Below are positions 56,853 through 64,000 of a DNA stretch of 64,000 nt, piece after piece. The notes beneath the pieces are model-generated. The model did not search any database. It was not told the origin of the DNA and saw nothing but the letters and a program-made list of their open reading frames with translations. Location: positions 1 to 64,000 of IMG/VR virus record IMGVR_UViG_3300030117_007673, one strand, 5' to 3'. Both the position numbers and the translations under genes were made by a program. Source of the DNA: a virus. How positions within the stretch are numbered: the first letter of the stretch is position 1; every line of letters begins with the position of its first letter.

Positions 56853-58106
56853 TTGAAAGACTATAAAGAGCTTGCAAATTTAAAACATATAAAACAAGTA
56901 GAGAGTAGGTTTACAAACAAGAAATTAGCGGCATTTATATCTCCCGCTGGAGGAGGTGGTTCTCACTTTGTTTTGCACAAGATGCAAGGTCATCCACATT
57001 TAATGGCACTAGTGGAAGATGCTTTTGCTATTAAGGCTCCAGAAGGCGGAGTAACTACAGCTGAATTTAAACAGTATTTTACAAGTAATTTTTTTCCTGG
57101 GCGCTTGCTTAGGCAGCAACTTGAACCCAGAAAAAACGACGTAGAGATTAATAATGTCAAATGGTTGATAATGAATAAGCCAGAACTTGGTCGTATAGCT
57201 TATCATAGAAATTTTCATTATAACGATATTTCTTTAATCTATTGTTTTAGAAATCCAATATCTTTTTATTACTCATGGTTAGAAGGCTGGAAAAGTTATG
57301 GCAGCGGAAAATATGGCATCACACCAGATGAAAAAATGATACAACATTGGTTTGAAAGAACTATAATGAGTTCGTTGTACGAGTTTGCACAATTTTATGA
57401 TCCAGATAAAGATCATATTGTTAACTTAGAACAATTTTCATCCAATATCGACGGAAGCTTAGAAAGTCTTTTCAATTTCCTAAAAGTTCCAGCCCTTAAG
57501 AATGACGACTTAGCAACCGTCAACACTTGCAGAAACGAAATAGCAAGAGAAATTCAAGGTTTGGATAATACTAATAGTAATAAATTCTCACGAGACAAAA
57601 TTACTGCAAATTTTGATAAAGGCACGCTTAAGTTGAGTTATAATCTTGATCGCTCAACAACAAAGCCAGGTACTCATGAAATCTTATTTAGCTCCTTTGT
57701 GGGTTCTTGGCAATTGCCACCACGAGTGCAATCTGATGATATCGATATGGGGGTAGAGTGTGATACCCTTTACGCAAAAACATGCAACAACCACCCACTT
57801 ACGAAAAAAATGCACACGATCCAAGCAGATAGAAAAAACAGAACAGAAGAAGTGCTGTATTGTGAAAAATGTGAAACCCCGCATCTTGGCCCAGGGCATT
57901 ACAATTATATAAGAAAAGAAGACAGCAGTTTTTTCAACAATTGGAAGAACAAGGAAGACTCAAAACAAATCTATAAAAGGTTTAGTGAGAAGATAGATCC
58001 AGGTATCATGAATTATTTTGCAGAAGAATTATATTTATCAGACAAAGATGGAACTGAGTTTACAAAAAGAATGAAAAATTGTCTGACTAGGTTATATAAT
58101 TTCTAA
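56853..58106 (+). CDS. Sulfotransferase-like P-loop protein
   Basis: FISPAGGGGSH (degenerate 5'-PSB loop), YCFRNPISFYYSW (3'-PB RNP...S) and VNLEQFSSNIDGSLESLFNFL (YEDL..P...L..I..FL-like). Confidence 0.55.
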   Translation: MKDYKELANLKHIKQVESRFTNKKLAAFISPAGGGGSHFVLHKMQGHPHLMALVEDAFAIKAPEGGVTTAEFKQYFTSNFFPGRLLRQQLEPRKNDVEINNVKWLIMNKPELGRIAYHRNFHYNDISLIYCFRNPISFYYSWLEGWKSYGSGKYGITPDEKMIQHWFERTIMSSLYEFAQFYDPDKDHIVNLEQFSSNIDGSLESLFNFLKVPALKNDDLATVNTCRNEIAREIQGLDNTNSNKFSRDKITANFDKGTLKLSYNLDRSTTKPGTHEILFSSFVGSWQLPPRVQSDDIDMGVECDTLYAKTCNNHPLTKKMHTIQADRKNRTEEVLYCEKCETPHLGPGHYNYIRKEDSSFFNNWKNKEDSKQIYKRFSEKIDPGIMNYFAEELYLSDKDGTEFTKRMKNCLTRLYNF

Positions 58107-58136
58107 CAACAAATATGGCTATGAAATAATCTAAGA

Positions 58137-58144
58137 ACTATTTA
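58137..58144 (+). promoter_or_regulatory. Putative late-promoter motif ACTATTTA
   Basis: Intergenic, upstream of the first tail-fibre gene. Confidence 0.45.
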
Positions 58145-58176
58145 TAATAGAAATCTTTTATCTGGAGAAATAGTTT

Positions 58177-61100
58177 ATGCCAAGTTATGCTTTTATTGGA
58201 GTTGGGGAACTAACAGGTAGTTGGAATCCAGCTACGAACAGCGGTTCTCTCAATAGCGGATTACCCCTCGAGAGTTCTGGCGGTCTAGGCGATAATATTT
58301 TTGCACATAGCGCTTCCGCTCCAAGAGGAACAGGCGGATATCATTATAGTACAAATCTTACTGCGGCAGTAGGCGATTACTGGGAAGTAGCCAACACTGC
58401 GGACTTCACACTTGACGAAAATAGATCTTTTTCAAGTTTAGATTGGGTTATTTATGACGGAGAGAAATGGATAAGAGTAAGTAATTCAGACAAAGTTGGA
58501 AGTGTATTAGTAGGAAACACAGGCAATCAATTAGAAGTAGTAACAAACGATTTGGACATTGAAGGTGGCCTAGATGTTAACACCAACAATGGAAATAATG
58601 ATTTCACTGTTAGTGCAGAAGGCGTAGAAAAGGCTCTTTGGGTCGACGCCAGTGCCAACTATGTCATAATGGGCACGGGATCAACAAACGTAGGCATTGG
58701 AACTGCGACCCCAAGTTCTGAATTACATGTAGTAGTCCCAACCGCTTCACCAGGACACGGTACAAACGCTGTAGTTATTGGAGAGGGGAACGACAATGGT
58801 CACTTTGAACTTAGGTTGGGTACCGGTCGAGCGGGTGGCAACTACGGTTGGATTTCTGCTATAAACAGGGGCACTGGAGTTCTTCCACTGGTCCTTAACG
58901 GAACTGGCGGTGAAGTAGGAATCGGCGTTTATCCTCCCACTGAAAAGCTCCACGTAGATGGAAACATTCTTCAAACTACCGGAGATTATCTTGCCACTGA
59001 CAAAGTAAGAGCCATCGATGGTGATGGTTTATCTTTACAGGATGATGGAGGCAATGATGGACTCTTTATTGAAGACGGCGGTAATGTTGGAATAGGCCAT
59101 GCTGCGCCAGATTCTCAGTTGCACGTAAAAGTTACAGCCGCTACACCAGGGCACAGTACGAATGCTGTGCTCATTGGGGAAGGCACGTCATCTGGAGATA
59201 TGGAAATTAGGTTGGGTGTTAACGATAGCAGCGGTGGTGCAGGTTGGATTTCTGCTATAAACAGAGGTACGGGAGTTATTCCGTTGATTCTACAGGGAAG
59301 TGGCGGCGCAGTCGGCATTGGGGCCTCTCCAAACGCACTTCTTGATATTCAAGGCGAATCTAACACTGGTTCGCCATCATTGATTGTTGATCATGACGAC
59401 ACGGATCAAATTGCAATTTCTGTTGCCGCTGCCAATGTTGACGCAGATGTGCTTGATATCACGGCAGACGCAGTAACAACAGCTAATGTAATTGACATAA
59501 CAGCTGATGGTCTAACTTCCGGAGCCGCGATAAACATCACAAGCACTAGCACAAGCACAACCGCTGGTTCTGTGGTCAAAATTGCAGCGACCGGAAATCG
59601 CGGAAGCGATAGTAACGCTGTTGTTGGTTTAGACCTTGATTTTGATTCTACGGCAGGAACTGCAACCAGAGCATTTAGAATTGACTCTGAACAGACAACT
59701 GGCGTTGTTGCTGAAATTAACGGCGATGCACTGACAACTGGAACTGGAATTGACCTTTCAACTGATGCGAGAACAACTGGAACTGCATTAAATATTTCAG
59801 ACTCTGCAACTAATGACAACGCCGGCAGCTTAGTTAAAATAGCTCAAGCAGGCTCTAGAGCAGGCTCTGCCGCAAGTATTGGTTTAGATATAGACTTTAA
59901 TACAGCAGCAAATGACAACGCAAGAGCATTTAGAATTGACTCTGAACAAACAACAGGCATAGTTTTTGAACTTGATGCCGATCAAATAACAACTGGGTAT
60001 GGCCAAGCTCTAACAGTCGATGCTTTGACAACTGGACAAGGACTTTATGTTCAGAGTGTAAGTGCTAACTTAGACGGAGCAAAGCTTGGCACTTTTATGG
60101 TTAACAGTACTAGTACAGATGATCATACTATTCTTCATATCTCAAAGGTTACTTCAAATCTTTCTGACTCAAATGCAATAGTTGGCTTGGACATTGATTT
60201 TAATGGAACTGCCGGCACAGCAGGTAGAGCATTTAGAATTGATTCCGAACAAACAACTGGCAAGGTCTTTGAACTTGACGCAGGCGCAGTAACAACTGGA
60301 AGAGCACTAGAGATCAGTAACACTGCTCTAACAACTGGATATGGCCTTTATTGTTATAGCACAAGCAATGCTTTAAATGGAGCAAAGATTGCTGAATTTG
60401 TAGCCACTGGCACCAGTACAGATGATTATACTGTTCTCAATGTCTTAAAAAATGCTTCAAACCTTTCTGACTCAAATGAAATCATTGGCTTAAACATTGA
60501 CTTTAATGGAACTGCCGGCACAGCAGGCAGAGCTTTAAAGATTGATTCCGAGCAAACAACTGGCAAGGTCTTTGAACTTGACGCGGAAGACATAACAACT
60601 GGTACAGCTTTAGAGATTAATAACGCTGAGTTAACAACCGGATATGGTCTTTATTGTTATAGCACAAGCAATAATTTGAATGGAGCAAAGCTTGCTGAAT
60701 TTGTAGCCACTGGCAATAGTACAGATGACTATACCGTTCTTAGCGTCGTAAAAAATGCTTCAAATCTTTCTGACTCAAATGCAATAGTTGGCCTGGATAT
60801 CGACTTTAACGGAACTGCCGGGACGGCAGGAAGAGCACTTAGAATCGATTCCGAACAAACAACCGGCATCGTTGCCGAGATTAATGGTGATGCCATTACG
60901 ACTGGCAAGGTCATTGACATTTCGGCTGACGCTCTTACAACCGGAAACGCCTTATATATTGATGATAACTCATCAAACACAGGAACAAGATCTACAGTCA
61001 GCATTATTCAAAATCACGCTTCAGCAACAGGAGCAACTGCGTTAACGTTGCAGTCAGATGGTGGAAACATCGGCATGACACTTGATAAAAACGCATCTGG

Positions 61101-61710
61101 CGATGCAGCACAAGATGCAATCGGTTTGAAGCTTGATTTTGACAGAACAGTCGCGTCCTCCGGAACCGCTGCGCACAACGACATAGGTATAGATTTAGAC
61201 GTCAACTCACGAAGTTTGGGAACCTCCACTGTAAAGGGTATGGATATTGATGTTGTTGGTCACACAGATGGCACCCATACAGCATATGGTATTGACTTGG
61301 ATGTTGATAGCGCAGACACCAACATCGGTATCCAAATTAACACAGCTGGCACGCACTTGAAGTTGATCGCCAATGCAGATACAGATGACTATGCAACAAT
61401 TGCTGTTGCAGATACAGGAGATTTGACCATAGCAACAGTTGGTGATGGGACAACCGATTCCGATATTACATTGTTTGCTGACGGAGACATTATTTTGAAG
61501 CCTGCAGGCGGAGATGTTTTGCCAGATGCAGACACCAGCAGAAATCTTGGATCCGCTTCAAAGCGTTGGGCAAATATTTATACCAATGATCTTCATTTGA
61601 AAAATGAAAGAGGAGATTGGACAATTATCGAGGAAGAAAACGATTTGACTATTAGAAATAACAAAACAAACAAAATGTATAGATTTAAATTAGAGGAGAT
61701 TGAAGATTAA
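58177..61710 (+). CDS. Tail fibre/adhesin with beta-repeat modules (1177 aa)
   Basis: N-terminal W....N...GDYW.V...DWVIYDG..W anchor, NVGIG..P..LHV fibre repeats, RIDSEQTTG repeats and C-terminal NLGSASKRWANIYT...GDWTIIEE. Confidence 0.8.
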   Translation: MPSYAFIGVGELTGSWNPATNSGSLNSGLPLESSGGLGDNIFAHSASAPRGTGGYHYSTNLTAAVGDYWEVANTADFTLDENRSFSSLDWVIYDGEKWIRVSNSDKVGSVLVGNTGNQLEVVTNDLDIEGGLDVNTNNGNNDFTVSAEGVEKALWVDASANYVIMGTGSTNVGIGTATPSSELHVVVPTASPGHGTNAVVIGEGNDNGHFELRLGTGRAGGNYGWISAINRGTGVLPLVLNGTGGEVGIGVYPPTEKLHVDGNILQTTGDYLATDKVRAIDGDGLSLQDDGGNDGLFIEDGGNVGIGHAAPDSQLHVKVTAATPGHSTNAVLIGEGTSSGDMEIRLGVNDSSGGAGWISAINRGTGVIPLILQGSGGAVGIGASPNALLDIQGESNTGSPSLIVDHDDTDQIAISVAAANVDADVLDITADAVTTANVIDITADGLTSGAAINITSTSTSTTAGSVVKIAATGNRGSDSNAVVGLDLDFDSTAGTATRAFRIDSEQTTGVVAEINGDALTTGTGIDLSTDARTTGTALNISDSATNDNAGSLVKIAQAGSRAGSAASIGLDIDFNTAANDNARAFRIDSEQTTGIVFELDADQITTGYGQALTVDALTTGQGLYVQSVSANLDGAKLGTFMVNSTSTDDHTILHISKVTSNLSDSNAIVGLDIDFNGTAGTAGRAFRIDSEQTTGKVFELDAGAVTTGRALEISNTALTTGYGLYCYSTSNALNGAKIAEFVATGTSTDDYTVLNVLKNASNLSDSNEIIGLNIDFNGTAGTAGRALKIDSEQTTGKVFELDAEDITTGTALEINNAELTTGYGLYCYSTSNNLNGAKLAEFVATGNSTDDYTVLSVVKNASNLSDSNAIVGLDIDFNGTAGTAGRALRIDSEQTTGIVAEINGDAITTGKVIDISADALTTGNALYIDDNSSNTGTRSTVSIIQNHASATGATALTLQSDGGNIGMTLDKNASGDAAQDAIGLKLDFDRTVASSGTAAHNDIGIDLDVNSRSLGTSTVKGMDIDVVGHTDGTHTAYGIDLDVDSADTNIGIQINTAGTHLKLIANADTDDYATIAVADTGDLTIATVGDGTTDSDITLFADGDIILKPAGGDVLPDADTSRNLGSASKRWANIYTNDLHLKNERGDWTIIEEENDLTIRNNKTNKMYRFKLEEIED
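59668..60867 (+). repeat. Tandem coding repeats marked by RA[FL][RK]IDSEQTTG at 59668, 59923, 60226, 60529 and 60832
   Basis: Spacings of 255, 303, 303 and 303 bp read directly from the sequence. Confidence 0.9.
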
Positions 61711-64000
61711 TGCCACTTTATACAACAGGACCAATTTCAGGTTCATCAACTGATACAGTTCGGTTTAGCCATGATGTCGAGATTGTTGGGGGGAACTTAG
61801 CTGTTTCTGGTTCAATTTCAGGATCAGCAGTTGATTCAATTTTCTTTGGTTCGGACGTCCAAATCGTTGGAGGAAACTTAGTTTGTTCCGGCTCAATAAA
61901 GTCTGGCGATGGGTTCATAGGCAATATCGTAGGCGGTACCGAGATTAGCGGAGATGTAGTTTTAGGCAATAGTGGTAATAGAAGTATTACCGTAGCGACA
62001 ACAGCTGAAAGCACTGCAGGAAAAGATCTCACAATTCAGGCTGGCTCTACAACGAATGGTTCCAGTAATACTGATGGTGGTGATTTAATATTAAAAGCTG
62101 GACAAGCAGACGGTACTGGAAATTCATCGATTGTGTTTCATACGCAAGTAAACGATGGTTCCGGAGATGTATCTGAGAGGATGAGGATTCATACCAATGG
62201 CACTATTGGCATTGGCACCAATAATCCAACTGCAAACATGCATATTAAGCAGGGCTCATCTGGTGGACTGACGTTGTTAACGTTGCAAAACGAGGATACA
62301 GACAAGAAAGCGTTGTACATTGATGCAGATAACATTGATGCAAATGTAATTGACATTGCAGCAGACGCAGTAACAACAGCTAATGTAATTGATATAACAG
62401 CTGATGGTCTAACTTCCGGAGCCGCGATAAACGTCACAAGCACTAGTACAAGTACAACCGCTGGTTCTGTGTTCAAAATTGCAGCGACCGGAAATCGCGG
62501 AAGCGATAGTAATGCTGTTATTGGTCTAGATCTTGATTTTGATTCTACGGCAGGAACTGCAACCAGAGCATTTAGAATTGACTCTGAACAGACAACAGGT
62601 ATTGTTGCCGAGATTAATGGTGATGCCATTACGACCGGCAAGGTCATTGACATTTCAGCAGACGCCCTAACAACTGGAATAGCGTTAAACATTTCGTCCG
62701 ATTCCAGCAGCACAAGCTCACGTAAATTAGCAAGCATTGTAAACGATAATACCGCTGCAGTGGGCGTAACACCCCTATACATAAAAAATGATGCGGCAAT
62801 ACCGGCATCAAGTGGAGCTACTTTGTTAGTTGACGTAGACTATCAAGCTACGTCAACTCTGAGTGGCGGCGATATCACTTCGCCAGGTCTGTTCATTGAT
62901 TATGACCTGACAGGGGTGATTGCATCAAGTCAATTTGCGTATCCAACGGGTATGAGAATCGATCTCCATCATAACGCTCCCACGATCAACGCGTCTGGCG
63001 TTATATCTTCAACCGGGATTGATATCAACATGGTCGGCGGCACCAGTGGGGTACAAACTGTGGATGGGATTAATGTAAATGTAGATGGAGGCGACGCCAA
63101 CACCGGGTTGTACATTGACGCTCCAGCATACGATGCCACTAACAGGCATATTAGATTGGCATCTGCAGCGGACAGTGGCGACTATTGGGAGATTGGTGTT
63201 GGTGCAGCTGGATCAACCACCATTGCCACTGTTGATGATGATGGAACAAATGCTCATTTATCTTTAAGTCTCGATGGTTATTTCGCCGTCGACACCGCGC
63301 TTGGAGTGATATTTAACGAAGCCGGCAACGATAGAGATTTCCGTATTGAATCTAATGATGAAGAATACATGTTCTTTCTTGATGCCGGCAATAATAGAAT
63401 CAGTATTGGTGATTCAACAAATGATCCTGCCGCAACACTTGAAATTACAAATCATGCTTCAGCAGGCGCAACCGGGGTTCCCTTACTTCAACTCAATAAT
63501 AACGATGTTGATAAAATTGCATTAGACATTAATGCTGCCAATACGACAGCGCCTGTAATCGACATTACTGCCGATGCAGTCGAAGATTCATACGTTATTC
63601 ATATGTCAGCGGACGCTCTAACAACCGGCGGAGCTTTATTTATTGATGACGATTCGTCTGACACTGGAACGAGATCAACGGTCGACATCCGTCAGAACCA
63701 TGCTTCAGCGACAGGAGCAACTGCATTAACGGTAATATCTGATGGTGGAAACACCGGTATGACACTTGATAAAAACGCATCTGGTACGGCAGCGCAAGAC
63801 GCAACCGCTCTGCATGTTGATTTCGATAGGACCGTTCCGGGCTCTGGAACCAACGCACATAACGATATCGGTATTAACCTGGATGTTAATTCACGAAGTC
63901 TAGGTACATCAACTGTAATTGGTATGGATATCGATGTCACTGGACATAGTGACGGGACCTCTACAGCCACTGGGCTTACAGTTGATGTGGGTTCTGCTGA
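61710..64000 (+). CDS. Second tail fibre/adhesin (3' truncated by the window edge; absent from the ORF track)
   Basis: ATG overlaps the previous stop. MPLYTTGPISGSSTDTVRF...ERMRIHTNGTIGIGTNNP... The frame is open at both ends checked and shares modules with the previous gene. Confidence 0.8.
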   Translation, partial: MPLYTTGPISGSSTDTVRFSHDVEIVGGNLAVSGSISGSAVDSIFFGSDVQIVGGNLVCSGSIKSGDGFIGNIVGGTEISGDVVLGNSGNRSITVATTAESTAGKDLTIQAGSTTNGSSNTDGGDLILKAGQADGTGNSSIVFHTQVNDGSGDVSERMRIHTNGTIGIGTNNPTANMHIKQGSSGGLTLLTLQNEDTDKKALYIDADNIDANVIDIAADAVTTANVIDITADGLTSGAAINVTSTSTSTTAGSVFKIAATGNRGSDSNAVIGLDLDFDSTAGTATRAFRIDSEQTTGIVAEINGDAITTGKVIDISADALTTGIALNISSDSSSTSSRKLASIVNDNTAAVGVTPLYIKNDAAIPASSGATLLVDVDYQATSTLSGGDITSPGLFIDYDLTGVIASSQFAYPTGMRIDLHHNAPTINASGVISSTGIDINMVGGTSGVQTVDGINVNVDGGDANTGLYIDAPAYDATNRHIRLASAADSGDYWEIGVGAAGSTTIATVDDDGTNAHLSLSLDGYFAVDTALGVIFNEAGNDRDFRIESNDEEYMFFLDAGNNRISIGDSTNDPAATLEITNHASAGATGVPLLQLNNNDVDKIALDINAANTTAPVIDITADAVEDSYVIHMSADALTTGGALFIDDDSSDTGTRSTVDIRQNHASATGATALTVISDGGNTGMTLDKNASGTAAQDATALHVDFDRTVPGSGTNAHNDIGINLDVNSRSLGTSTVIGMDIDVTGHSDGTSTATGLTVDVGSA
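62361..62596 (+). repeat. 236-bp near-identical copy of 59464..59699
   Basis: Manual alignment gives about 9 mismatches and no gaps. Confidence 0.9.

Noticed and set aside
59668-60867. CRISPR-like repeat array
   Set aside because: The repeats are degenerate, in-frame and protein-coding, with 255-303-bp homologous intervals. No cas genes.
59464-62596. Diversity-generating retroelement TR/VR pair
   Set aside because: Mismatches are mostly C/T transitions rather than adenine-specific, both copies are mid-gene, and there is no reverse transcriptase in the window.
410-63970. Minus-strand and nested ORFs in the track (e.g. 62189..62782, 17234..17686, 9918..10307)
   Set aside because: All lie within longer + strand genes, show no recognisable motifs and look like antisense shadows of biased codon usage.
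1-64000. Stop-codon reassignment as seen in some large phages
   Set aside because: The standard code already gives near-complete coding density, and TAA, TAG and TGA all end genes at sensible junctions.
1-64000. tRNA/ncRNA genes or intrinsic terminators
   Set aside because: Intergenic gaps are at most about 70 nt and AT-rich, with no cloverleaf or GC hairpin plus U-tract recognised.

Overview
The window reads as a 64-kb piece of a large, probably contractile-tailed (myovirus-like) dsDNA phage. All supportable genes are on the + strand and densely packed, often with overlapping stop/start codons and AGGAG ribosome-binding sites. Layout: (i) 1-10.3 kb, a 13-gene glycan biosynthesis and tailoring operon (GT4, CE4-like deacetylase, methyltransferase-like protein, TagF-like GT-B, NeuA-like cytidylyltransferase, PhyH-type dioxygenase, short NeuB, PIG-L deacetylase, formyltransferase, two GT2s, AsnB-like amidotransferase, truncated UDP-sugar dehydrogenase); (ii) 10.3-12 kb, small genes and a T4 gp55-like late sigma factor; (iii) 12-47.7 kb, a baseplate/tail module (gp5-like OB fold plus amidase, HxH spike, gp25, gp6, a 3811-aa gp7-like protein with LamG and MAM domains, three giant orphan proteins, tail-collar-like paralogs); (iv) 47.7-54.4 kb, RuvC, primase, small proteins and a single-chain Mre11-Rad50 (SbcD-SbcC) fusion; (v) 54.4-58.1 kb, a possible lysis cassette and a sulfotransferase-like gene; (vi) 58.2-64 kb, two repeat-built tail-fibre genes that share near-identical DNA modules. 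The best candidate for an undescribed system is a phage-encoded pathway for a tailored nonulosonic-acid/uronamide glycan. It co-occurs with a protein-selective enrichment of [S/T]-G-S motifs in virion proteins, which suggests virion O-glycosylation. This is an untested hypothesis. No capsid, terminase, sheath, tRNA or CRISPR array is visible. All assignments come from motif recognition by eye; no database searches were run.
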